Source: Candidatus Saccharimonadota bacterium
GTDB taxonomy: Bacteria > Bacteroidota > Bacteroidia > Flavobacteriales > Blattabacteriaceae
Length of the DNA stretch: 32,000 nucleotides
Reading direction: 5' to 3'
Assembly (NCBI RefSeq): GCF_014252415.1
Contig: NZ_CP059223.1
Span: 60,001-92,000 of the forward strand
The notes beneath the pieces are model-generated. The model saw only the letters and a list, made by a program, of their open reading frames with translations. It was not told where the DNA came from and did not search any database. A program made the translations under genes and the position numbers. This document shows, in pieces, positions 20,783 to 29,725 of the stretch (position 1 is the first letter of the stretch; every line of letters begins with the position of its first letter).

Positions 20783-21976
20783 ATGAAAAAAGTAGTTGTT
20801 GTAGCTCTATCAGGAGGTGTTGATTCTAGTGTATCTGCATTGATTCTTAAAAAAAGTGGATATAATGTAATTGGATTATTTATGAATAATTGGGATGATA
20901 AAAATTATAATTGTTCATTAAGATTAACAAGTGATAGTATAGACGCTATGGTTGTAGCTAACAAATTAAATATTCCATTTCAAATAATAGAAATGAAAAA
21001 AGAATATAATAAATATATTATCAATTATATGTTTAATGAATATAAAATTGGAAATACTCCTAATCCAGATATTTTATGTAATAAAATAATTAAGTTTAAT
21101 CTATTTTTAAAAATAGCGATAAGAAATTTTAATGCAGATTTTATTGCAACTGGACATTACGTAAAAAAAGTAACAATAACAAAAAAAAAAAAAAAGATTC
21201 ATAAAATTTTTATAGGAAAAGATTTAAATAAAGATCAATCATATTTCTTATGTCAATTAAATCAAACACAATTACAAAAATCATTATTTCCATTAGGAAT
21301 GCTAACGAAAAAAAAAGTTAGAAAAATAGCAGAACAAAATGGATTATATAATGCGTATAAAAAAGATTCTCAGGGATTATGTTTTGTTGGAAAAATAACC
21401 TTATCTAAATTTCTTCATACTAGAATCAATCCAAAAAAAGGAAAAATTATTAATATAAAATCTAATTCAAAAATTTTATACGATAAAAAATATAAAAATC
21501 ACTATTCTAAAGAAGAATTAATTTTATTATCAAAAAAAATAAAATACAAAGAATCAGATGGAAAAATAATAGGGTATCATCAAGGAGCTTATCTATTTAC
21601 TATAGGACAAAGAAAAGGAATATCTATTGGTGGATTTAAAAATCCAATTTTTGTAATTGATACCGATATAAAAAAAAATATAGTGTATACAGGTATGGGA
21701 AAAAATCATCCTGGATTATATAGAAAATGCTTATTTATTAAAGAAAAAAATATCCATTGGATTCACAAAAATATTCTATTAACTGAAGAAAAAAAAATGA
21801 ATGTTTTATCTAGAATTAGATATAGACAACCATTGCAAAAATCTTTTTTATATAAAATAAAAACAGGAATTTTAATAATATTTGAAAATATGCAATATGC
21901 GATTTCCGGAGGACAATTTGCTGTATGGTACAATTTTCATAATGAATTAATCGGATCTGGAATTATTTCTGAATAA
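20783..21976 (+). CDS. mnmA: tRNA-specific 2-thiouridylase MnmA
   Basis: PP-loop ALSGGVDSSV, catalytic-Cys contexts NPDILCN and SQGLCFVG, and DQSYFL motif. Confidence 0.9.
   Translation: MKKVVVVALSGGVDSSVSALILKKSGYNVIGLFMNNWDDKNYNCSLRLTSDSIDAMVVANKLNIPFQIIEMKKEYNKYIINYMFNEYKIGNTPNPDILCNKIIKFNLFLKIAIRNFNADFIATGHYVKKVTITKKKKKIHKIFIGKDLNKDQSYFLCQLNQTQLQKSLFPLGMLTKKKVRKIAEQNGLYNAYKKDSQGLCFVGKITLSKFLHTRINPKKGKIINIKSNSKILYDKKYKNHYSKEELILLSKKIKYKESDGKIIGYHQGAYLFTIGQRKGISIGGFKNPIFVIDTDIKKNIVYTGMGKNHPGLYRKCLFIKEKNIHWIHKNILLTEEKKMNVLSRIRYRQPLQKSFLYKIKTGILIIFENMQYAISGGQFAVWYNFHNELIGSGIISE
21181..21195 (+). repeat. 15-nt poly(A) homopolymer inside mnmA, in frame (encodes KKKKK)
   Basis: Direct reading of ...ataac a(15) gattc...; the frame was checked codon by codon (T-KKKKK-I-H). 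Confidence 0.95.
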
Positions 21977-22148
21977 TAAAATTAATCATTATTATTTTTA
22001 TATTATCATTTTTTCTATTTTTGCATAAATAATGTTTTATTTTTTTATACTTCATCAATTAATTATAAAAACAATACAAATTAAATATCATTGTTTTTTT
22101 TTAAAATTAACATGTTAAGATAAATTATTTTTTTAAAAAAAATGATAA

Positions 22149-23828
22149 ATGGATAAAATTAATAAATTTAGTAAGGAGATAACAGAAAATAAGGAATTAC
22201 CTGCAGCACATGCTATGCTCTATGCAATAGGAATGAAAAAATCAGATTTTAATAAAGCTCAAATAGGAATAGTTAGTAATTGGTATGAAAGTAATCCATG
22301 TAATATTCATTTAAATAAATTATCTAAAGAAGTAAAAAAATCAATCATTAATAATAATTTAATAGGATTTCAAATTAATACTATTGGTATAAGTGATGGA
22401 ATTACTATGGGAACATTAGGGATGAGATATTCATTACCTTCAAGAGAAATTATTGCAGATAGTATAGAATCAGTTATTTCTGCTCATTGTTATGATGGAT
22501 TAATTGCAATACCTGGTTGCGATAAAAATTTACCAGGTGTAATAATGTCTATTATTAGACTTAATAGACCTTCTATTATTATATATGGTGGTAGTATTTA
22601 TTCTGGAAATTATAAAGGAAAAAAAATAGATATTATTTCTTCATTTGAAGCTTTAGGAAAAAAAAATATGAATAAAATTTCTAAAAAAGAATATTTTAAT
22701 ATAGTAAGAAAATCTTGTCCAGGTCCTGGAGCATGTGGGGGGATGTATACAGCAAATACTATGGCTTCCATTTTAGAAGTTATGGGAATGACATTACCAT
22801 TTTCTTCATCTTATCCTGCAAATAGTATAGAAAAAAAATTAGAATGTAAAAAAGTACCTTTTTATATAAAAAAATTATTATCCAATAAAATCTATCCAAA
22901 AGATATTATTACTAAAAAATCTATAAAAAATGGTATAAAATTAGGAATATGTTTAGGTGGATCAACTAATTTAGTTTTACATATGTTAGCATTAGCTAAA
23001 ACTGCCAATATAGAAATTTCTTTAAAAGAAATACAAAAGTTTAGTGATCAAGTTCCATTAATAGGAAATCTAAAACCTAGTGGATCATATCTTATGGAAG
23101 ACATTCATTCCAATATTAGAGGTATGCCTATTATTATTAAATATTTAATAAATAACGGTATAATATCAGGCGACTGTTTAACAGTTACTGGAAAAACATT
23201 ATATGAAAATGTAAAAAATGTTTCCGATATTAATTTTAATAAACAAAACGTTATCTTTTCTTTAAAAAATCCTATAAAAAAAAATGGACATATAAGAATA
23301 TTATATGGTAATATTGCCCCAGAAGGGTCCGTAGCAAAAATAACTGGTATAGAAGGAAAAAATTTTGTAGGTAAAGCTAAAGTATTTGATTCGGAAGAAG
23401 AAGCAAATCGATGTATTTTTAATAATAAAATTATGCAGGGAACAGTGATAGTTATAAGATATGTAGGACCAAAAGGAGCTCCGGGTATGCCAGAAATGTT
23501 AAAACCTACATCTTATATTATGGGTAGCGGATTAGGAAAAAAAGTAGCTTTAATTACAGATGGTAGATTTTCAGGGGGATCACATGGATTTGTAGTAGGA
23601 CATATATCTCCAGAAGCTCAATCTGGAGGATTAATAGCTTTAATAAAAAATGATGATATTATAAAAATAGATGCTGAAAACAACAAATTAATATTAGAAG
23701 TAGAAGAAAAAGAAATAGAAATAAGAAAAAAATTATGGAATCCTCCTCCATTAAAAGTAAAAAGTGGTTATCTATATAAGTATTCAAAATTAGTATCATC
23801 TGCCTCTAATGGATGTATTACAGATTAA
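22149..23828 (+). CDS. ilvD: Dihydroxy-acid dehydratase
   Basis: PGCDKNLPG, CPGPGACGGMYTANTM, TDGRFSGGSHG and GHISPEA motifs. 559 aa. Confidence 0.95.
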   Translation: MDKINKFSKEITENKELPAAHAMLYAIGMKKSDFNKAQIGIVSNWYESNPCNIHLNKLSKEVKKSIINNNLIGFQINTIGISDGITMGTLGMRYSLPSREIIADSIESVISAHCYDGLIAIPGCDKNLPGVIMSIIRLNRPSIIIYGGSIYSGNYKGKKIDIISSFEALGKKNMNKISKKEYFNIVRKSCPGPGACGGMYTANTMASILEVMGMTLPFSSSYPANSIEKKLECKKVPFYIKKLLSNKIYPKDIITKKSIKNGIKLGICLGGSTNLVLHMLALAKTANIEISLKEIQKFSDQVPLIGNLKPSGSYLMEDIHSNIRGMPIIIKYLINNGIISGDCLTVTGKTLYENVKNVSDINFNKQNVIFSLKNPIKKNGHIRILYGNIAPEGSVAKITGIEGKNFVGKAKVFDSEEEANRCIFNNKIMQGTVIVIRYVGPKGAPGMPEMLKPTSYIMGSGLGKKVALITDGRFSGGSHGFVVGHISPEAQSGGLIALIKNDDIIKIDAENNKLILEVEEKEIEIRKKLWNPPPLKVKSGYLYKYSKLVSSASNGCITD

Positions 23829-23830
23829 TT

Positions 23831-25528
23831 ATGGAGAAAAATGTATTTCCCGGATCTGAAATAGTTATTAAAACATTATTAAATGAAAATGTAAAATATA
23901 TATTTGGATATCCAGGAGGTGCCATAATGCCAATATACGATTCTTTGTATGATTATAAACATAAAATCAAACATATTTTAATGAGACATGAACAAGGAGT
24001 AATTCATGCTGCACAAGGTTATGCTAGAGCTACAGGATGTGTAGGGGTTTGTTTTACTACATCTGGACCAGGAGCTACTAATTTAGTAACAGGATTAGCA
24101 GATTCATTAATAGATAGTACTCCCATTGTTTGTATAACAGGACAAGTTTCTTCACAATTCCTTGGTACTGATGCTTTTCAAGAAATTAATATTATAGATA
24201 TTTCTATTTCAGTTACTAAATGGAATATTCAAGTATTAGAATCTACTAATATATGTAAATCTATTCAAAAAGGATTTTTTATTGCAAAAAGTGGTAGACC
24301 AGGTCCAGTATTAATTGATATTACTAAAGATGCTCAATTAAATATGTCAAAATTTTGCTTTAAAAAAATAAATAAAATTAGAAATTTTTATCCATGTCCA
24401 ATTATAAAAAAAAATAAAATAGTAAAAGCGGCACAAATTATAAATAAATCCAAAAAACCAATTATATTTTCAGGACAAGGTGTTATAATAGCTAACGCGG
24501 AAAAAGAATTAAAAAAATTTATAGAAAAAACAAGGATTCCAATAGCTTGTACTTTATTAGGATTAGGTTCAATCTCTACTACACATGATTTATATGTTGG
24601 AATGTTAGGCATGCATGGTAATTATGCTCCAAATATTTTGACTAATGAATCAGATGTAATTATTGCAATAGGAATGCGTTTTGACGATCGAGTTACAGGA
24701 AATGTTAAAAAATATGCAAACCAAGCAAAAATTATTCATATTGATATTGATAATTCTGAAATAAATAAAAATATATCATGTTACATTTCTATTGTAGGAG
24801 ACTGTAAAGTTTCTTTAAAGCAATTAACACAACTTGTGAATAAAACGAATCATGAAAATTGGAAAAAAAAATTTTTTCTTATGAAAGAAAAAGAAAAAAA
24901 AATAATAATAAAAAAAGATTTATTTCCAATAAAAAAAACCATTACAATGGGTGAAGTAATAAAATGGATTAATTTATATAAAAGAAAAAATTCAATACTT
25001 GTCACTGATGTAGGACAACATCAAATGATAGCTTCAAGATATTTTAATTTTAATTGTAGAAGAAGTCAAATAACATCTGGGGGATTTGGTACTATGGGTT
25101 TTGCTTTACCAGCATCAATAGGAGCAAAATTTGGATCAAAAAATAAACAAATAATATGTATTGTAGGAGACGGGGGGATTCAAATGACTATTCAAGAAAT
25201 GGGTACTATACTAGAAAATAATTTATCTATAAAAATTATATTGTTAAATAATAATTTTTTAGGTATGGTACGTCAATGGCAACAACTTTTTTTTAAAAAA
25301 CGTTATTCTTTTACGAAATTAAAAAATCCTAATTTTTTAAAGTTATCGGAAGCTTATAGTATAGAATATAAAAAAATATATAAGAGAAATGAACTAAAAA
25401 ATTCTATAAAAAAATTGTTTTCTAATGATAAAAAATCTTTTTTTTTAGAGATTTTAGTTTCAAAAGAAGATAATGTTTTTCCTATGATTCCATCTGGATC
25501 CTCTGTAGAAGATATTCGTATGATATAA
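23831..25528 (+). CDS. ilvB: Acetolactate synthase (acetohydroxyacid synthase) large catalytic subunit
   Basis: FGYPGGAIMPIYD, HEQGVIHAAQGYAR, and the ThDP motif GDGGIQMTIQEMGT...LNNN. I prefer the ATG at 23831 (2 nt after the ilvD stop, giving MEKNVFPGSE..). The track ORF starts at 23813, inside ilvD. Confidence 0.93.
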   Translation: MEKNVFPGSEIVIKTLLNENVKYIFGYPGGAIMPIYDSLYDYKHKIKHILMRHEQGVIHAAQGYARATGCVGVCFTTSGPGATNLVTGLADSLIDSTPIVCITGQVSSQFLGTDAFQEINIIDISISVTKWNIQVLESTNICKSIQKGFFIAKSGRPGPVLIDITKDAQLNMSKFCFKKINKIRNFYPCPIIKKNKIVKAAQIINKSKKPIIFSGQGVIIANAEKELKKFIEKTRIPIACTLLGLGSISTTHDLYVGMLGMHGNYAPNILTNESDVIIAIGMRFDDRVTGNVKKYANQAKIIHIDIDNSEINKNISCYISIVGDCKVSLKQLTQLVNKTNHENWKKKFFLMKEKEKKIIIKKDLFPIKKTITMGEVIKWINLYKRKNSILVTDVGQHQMIASRYFNFNCRRSQITSGGFGTMGFALPASIGAKFGSKNKQIICIVGDGGIQMTIQEMGTILENNLSIKIILLNNNFLGMVRQWQQLFFKKRYSFTKLKNPNFLKLSEAYSIEYKKIYKRNELKNSIKKLFSNDKKSFFLEILVSKEDNVFPMIPSGSSVEDIRMI

Positions 25529-25545
25529 TAATTTATGAGTTTTTT

Positions 25546-25815
25546 ATGGAAATTGATTTTAGTATAAAAATACTCATTGAGGACAATATTGGATTGTTAA
25601 TTAGGATTCTTATTTTATTAAATAAAAGAAATTTAAAAATTAATTATATGAATGTATCAAAAAAAAAATATAAAAAATATAATTTAAATCAATGTATTTT
25701 ACATTTAAAATGTGAAAAAAAACAATTAATTAAATTAAAAAAAATTATTAATAAATTAATAGGAGTTTATTCTATATTTTATAATGAAAAAAAATTATTT
25801 AATAACACAATTTAA
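25546..25815 (+). CDS. ilvN: Acetolactate synthase small (regulatory) subunit, single ACT domain only
   Basis: Position between ilvB and ilvC. The N terminus IKILIEDNIGLLIRILILLNKRNLKINYMNV resembles the ACT-domain start of AHAS small subunits (..ENxxGxLxRxxxLFxxRxxNIxSLxV). 89 aa and otherwise low complexity. Confidence 0.55.
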   Translation: MEIDFSIKILIEDNIGLLIRILILLNKRNLKINYMNVSKKKYKKYNLNQCILHLKCEKKQLIKLKKIINKLIGVYSIFYNEKKLFNNTI

Positions 25816-25820
25816 AAATT

Positions 25821-26879
25821 ATGATAAAAAAAATTGGTGATGTAGAAGAAAATATTATAACCAGGAAAGAGTTCCCTTTAAAGAAAGCAAAAAAAATATT
25901 AAAAAAAGAAGTTTTATCAATTCTTGGATATGGAGTACAAGGACCTAGTCAATCTTTAAATTTGAAAGATAACGGATTTAATGTAATTATAGGACAAAGA
26001 AAAAATACTTTATCATGGAATAAAGCATTAAAAGATGGATGGATAGAAGGAAAAAATTTATTTCCTTTAGAAGAAGCTTCTGAAAAAGGTACAATATTAT
26101 TGTATTTACTTTCAGATGCTGGACAAATATCATTTTGGCCAAAAATTAAAAAATATTTAACTAAAAATAAATCTTTATATTTTTCACATGGATTTGGTTT
26201 ATCTTTCCAAGATAAAACAAAAATATATCCACCTAATAATATAGATATTTTTTTAGTTGCTCCAAAAGGATCAGGAACTAGTTTAAGAAGACTTTTTAAA
26301 GAAGGAAAAGGAATTAATTCTAGTTATGCTATTTATCAAGACTATAGTGGAAAAAGTTTAGATAAAGTTCTATCTATTGGGATAGGAATAGGTTCTGGAT
26401 ATCTATTTGAAACAAGTTTTAAAAATGAGGTTTATTCTGATTTAGTTGGAGAAAGAGGTACGTTAATGGGAGCTATTCAAGGAATATTTTATGCACAATA
26501 TCAAGTATTGAGAAAGAATGGACATTCTCCATCAGAATCTTTTAATGAAACCGTGGAAGAATTAACTCAAAGTCTAATGCCATTAGTTTCAGAAAATGGA
26601 ATGGATTGGATGTATTCCAATTGTTCAACAACTGCACAAAGAGGTGCTTTAGATTGGTGGAAAAAATTTAGAGATATTACATTACCTATATTTGAAGATT
26701 TGTATAAAAAAGTATCATCTGGTCATGAAGCAGAAAGAATTATTTTATATAATAGTGATAAAAATTATAGATATAAATTAAAAAAAGAATTAGATAATAT
26801 AAAAAATAGTGAATTATGGAAAGTTGGAGATATTATACGTAATTTACGACCAGAAAAAAAAAGTGATAAAAAATTTTAA
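25821..26879 (+). CDS. ilvC: Ketol-acid reductoisomerase (class I)
   Basis: NADP-binding motif GYGVQGPSQSLNLKDNGFNVIIGQR, then SHGF, APKGSG and GERG..GAI segments. 352 aa. Confidence 0.93.
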   Translation: MIKKIGDVEENIITRKEFPLKKAKKILKKEVLSILGYGVQGPSQSLNLKDNGFNVIIGQRKNTLSWNKALKDGWIEGKNLFPLEEASEKGTILLYLLSDAGQISFWPKIKKYLTKNKSLYFSHGFGLSFQDKTKIYPPNNIDIFLVAPKGSGTSLRRLFKEGKGINSSYAIYQDYSGKSLDKVLSIGIGIGSGYLFETSFKNEVYSDLVGERGTLMGAIQGIFYAQYQVLRKNGHSPSESFNETVEELTQSLMPLVSENGMDWMYSNCSTTAQRGALDWWKKFRDITLPIFEDLYKKVSSGHEAERIILYNSDKNYRYKLKKELDNIKNSELWKVGDIIRNLRPEKKSDKKF

Positions 26880-26897
26880 TAAAAAAATTAATTTTTC

Positions 26898-26928
26898 TTA
26901 ACTAAATATAGTTAATCTAATTTTTTTT
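26898..26928 (+). terminator. Weak candidate intrinsic terminator downstream of ilvC
   Basis: ttaact (26898-26903) and agttaa (26910-26915) form a perfect 6-bp stem with a 6-nt loop, followed after 5 nt by T8 (26921-26928). There is only one G:C pair, and such palindromes are common by chance at this composition. Confidence 0.25.
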
Positions 26929-27299
26929 AAAACGTTTTGATATATAAAATACTTAAAAAAATAAAATATTTATTTAATCCTTATTTTATAAATAATTTTA
27001 TTAAATAATTTATTAATTTTTCCAATTAATAAAAAAAGAATCAAATAACTAGATATCAGTTAATATACTATGATAAAAATTATATTTTAATTCTGAATAA
27101 AAATAATATTTTTATTAATTTTAGTAATATAAAATTAAATTATTTTTTATATAATTTATTATAGAATCTACTATTAGTATCAAAATTTTTTATAAAAATC
27201 CATTATAAAAATTTTATATATAAAAACATAATTCATACATATGAAAAAATAAAAATAAATTTTTTATTTAATTTAATATTTTTAATGACTATTTAAGTA

Positions 27300-27390
27300 T
27301 ACCCACGACTGGATTTGAACCAGCACATCCTTAATTTTTTAGGATACCACCCCCTCAAAGTGGCGTGTCTACCAATTTCACCACGTGGGT
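27300..27390 (-). tRNA. tRNA-Leu (anticodon GAG), type II with a long variable arm and no encoded CCA
   Basis: The reverse complement folds by hand as: acceptor ACCCACG/CGTGGGT, D arm GTG-AAATTGGTAGA-CAC, anticodon stem CCACT/GGTGG with loop TTGAGGG (GAG at 34-36, G37), variable arm ATCCT-AAAAAATTA-AGGAT, T arm GCTGG-TTCAAAT-CCAGT, and discriminator A. It is a G+C-rich island in an AT-rich spacer. Confidence 0.85.
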
Positions 27391-27490
27391 TAATAAATAG
27401 ATATTTAAATAAAATTATTAAATAAATAAAAAAGAAAAACTAAATTTATACTTTTTTATTAAAAAAATTTTTAATATTTAAACAATTTTT

Positions 27491-28219
27491 ATGAATATAG
27501 CAATCATAGGATATGGTAAAATGGGTAAAACTATTGAAAAAATAGCAACAAATAGAAATCATAATATACAATTATGTTACGATAAAACTCCTAATAAAAA
27601 TATATTATTAAATAATTCTATTGATATAGTAATAGAATTTAGTCAACCTTATTCTGCATTTGAAAACATAAAAATATGTATAGAAAATAATATTCCTGTA
27701 GTATCTGGAACTACAGGATGGTTACAACAATTAAATGAAATTAAAAATATTTGCATAAAAAATAATGGATCTTTTTTATACTCATCTAATTTTAGTATTA
27801 GTATGAATATATTTTATGAAATTAATAAAAAATTATCAATTTTATTATTACCATTTTCAAAAAAATATGATATTTCTATAAAAGAAATTCATCATAAAGA
27901 AAAAAAAGATAAACCTAGTGGAACGGCTTTACATATCGCAAATGATATAATAAATATTGGGATGAAAAACTATTGGAATACTATAGATAATAAAAAAAAA
28001 TTAATAAAAAATTATAAAAAATCTATTTTAATTGAATCAAAAAGATGTGAAAATGTAATAGGAGAACATATTGTAGATTATAAATCTAATATAGAAAAAA
28101 TATCTATTAAACATAAGGCTTATAGTAGAAATATTTTTGCTATTGGTGCAATTATCTCTGCAGAATGGCTAATAAATAAAAAAGGATTTTTTTCAATGAA
28201 AGATATGCTAGGTTTATAA
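27491..28219 (+). CDS. dapB: 4-hydroxy-tetrahydrodipicolinate reductase
   Basis: N-terminal dinucleotide fold IAIIGYGKMGK, plus SGTTGW and EIHHKEKKDKPSGTA (E-HH--K-D-PSGTA signature). 242 aa. Confidence 0.85.
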   Translation: MNIAIIGYGKMGKTIEKIATNRNHNIQLCYDKTPNKNILLNNSIDIVIEFSQPYSAFENIKICIENNIPVVSGTTGWLQQLNEIKNICIKNNGSFLYSSNFSISMNIFYEINKKLSILLLPFSKKYDISIKEIHHKEKKDKPSGTALHIANDIINIGMKNYWNTIDNKKKLIKNYKKSILIESKRCENVIGEHIVDYKSNIEKISIKHKAYSRNIFAIGAIISAEWLINKKGFFSMKDMLGL

Positions 28220-28225
28220 AATATT

Positions 28226-29725
28226 ATGTTTCAATATATATTATTTCATCTTATTTTTTCAATTATTATAAATATATTTCATGTATTTATTACTTATAAT
28301 TTATATAAAAAATATAATTTCAATCATAAAAAATGTTATATACCTTTTTACAATATTTTTATATTTTTACGTGTACAAAATAAAAAAAGTTGGTTTATAT
28401 TATTTTTAATTAATCCACTAACTAGTATAATATTGTATTATATTTTATGGATTGATTTAATTCATTCTTTTAGAGAAAAAGAAGATAATAAACTATTTAC
28501 TATAGTATTTGGAATATTTTATATTATTTATTTAAATTTTTTTATCAAAAAAAAATTAAAACTTATCAATAAAAATCACAATAATAAAAATCACAATAAT
28601 AAAAATATTATATTACTTTCTATAATATTATCATTTATTATACATACTTATATCGTACAACCGTTCGTCATTCCCACATCATCTATGGAAAAAAGTTTAT
28701 TAGTTGGGGATTTTATATTAGTTAGTAAAATAAATTATGGATTAAGAATGCCTATTTCGCCTATTTTTATCCCATTTTTTCACAATCGTTTATTTGATTA
28801 TATAAATCATTATACATCTTTAATAAAGTGGCCATATTTTCGTTTTAATTCATTGGAGTCTATACGTAGAAATGATATAATTGTTTTTAATTATCCTCTA
28901 GATAAAAAAAATTTTTCAATAGATAGAAAAGATCATTATGTTAAACGTTGTGTAGGTATTCCAGGAGATATAATTTTTATTAAAAATGGTAAATTATTTA
29001 TTAATTATATACAAGAAAAATTTTTTAAAGGTAGACAACAATCTTTTTTTTTTAAAAGAAAGATTCCATTAAATATTGAATATCTGATGAATAAAATGGA
29101 TATCGAAGATATTGAGATGATAGGAGAATTTAATAATGAATATTATTATCAAATAATGTTAAATGAAGAAAATAAAAAAAAGATATGTAAATTATTTAAT
29201 AATTTAATTTTATTAAAAAAAAATATTACTCCTTATTATATATCAGATAAAGTTATACAACCTAAAAAACAAAAATATGTATGGAATAGAGATTTTTTTG
29301 GGCCATTTTACATTCCAAAAAAAGGGGATATTATTGAAATAAATTCAATAAATAGTTCTTTATATAAAAATATTTTTTTATACGAAAAAGGAAAAATTTT
29401 TTATAAGAAAAAAAAAAAATTTATAAGAGTAATGAATAATTATTATTTTATGATGGGAGATAATAGACATAATTCTTATGACTCTCGTTATTGGGGATTA
29501 GTACCAGAAAGTCATATAGTAGGAAAACCTATATTTATATGGATGAGCATTGATTGGAATAGAAATAATCCTATAAATTTTTTTCATTGGAAAATTCGAT
29601 GGGATAGAATTATGACAACTGTAAACGGTAATAATATATTTTTATATTTATTTTTTTTATTCTTATTATTATATATGATCCATAAAACAATATATAAAAT
29701 AATAAATAGAAACAATAAAAATTAA
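28226..29725 (+). CDS. lepB: Signal peptidase I (large Bacteroidota-type LepB)
   Basis: Catalytic Ser box [19 protein letters not shown], Lys box [11 protein letters not shown], and [14 protein letters not shown] box. An N-terminal ~130 aa multi-helix hydrophobic region is present. Confidence 0.85.
   Translation: MFQYILFHLIFSIIINIFHVFITYNLYKKYNFNHKKCYIPFYNIFIFLRVQNKKSWFILFLINPLTSIILYYILWIDLIHSFREKEDNKLFTIVFGIFYIIYLNFFIKKKLKLINKNHNNKNHNNKNIILLSIILSFIIHTYIVQPFVIPTSSMEKSLLVGDFILVSKINYGLRMPISPIFIPFFHNRLFDYINHYTSLIKWPYFRFNSLESIRRNDIIVFNYPLDKKNFSIDRKDHYVKRCVGIPGDIIFIKNGKLFINYIQEKFFKGRQQSFFFKRKIPLNIEYLMNKMDIEDIEMIGEFNNEYYYQIMLNEENKKKICKLFNNLILLKKNITPYYISDKVIQPKKQKYVWNRDFFGPFYIPKKGDIIEINSINSSLYKNIFLYEKGKIFYKKKKKFIRVMNNYYFMMGDNRHNSYDSRYWGLVPESHIVGKPIFIWMSIDWNRNNPINFFHWKIRWDRIMTTVNGNNIFLYLFFLFLLLYMIHKTIYKIINRNNKN
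28571..28606 (+). repeat. In-frame 15-bp tandem duplication (aaaaatcacaataat x2 plus a partial third copy) inside lepB
   Basis: Direct reading: aaaaatcacaataat at 28571-28585 and again at 28586-28600, then aaaaat. It encodes [13 protein letters not shown] in the linker before the catalytic domain. Confidence 0.9.

Noticed and set aside
22016-22023. TATTTTTG match to the Bacteroidota -7 promoter consensus upstream of ilvD
   Set aside because: There is no -33 TTTG at an appropriate distance; the upstream 40 nt contain no G at all. The expected chance frequency of TAnnTTTG is high in this composition, so the match is too weak to annotate.
22032-22118. 28-aa mini-ORF (MFYFFILHQLIIKTIQIKYHCFFLKLTC) in the 172-bp spacer upstream of ilvD, considered as a possible ilv attenuation leader peptide
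   Set aside because: It has no consecutive run of Ile/Leu/Val regulatory codons beyond what this AT-rich composition yields anyway. I could find no convincing alternative terminator/antiterminator hairpins downstream. Leader-peptide attenuation is not an established mechanism in Bacteroidota.
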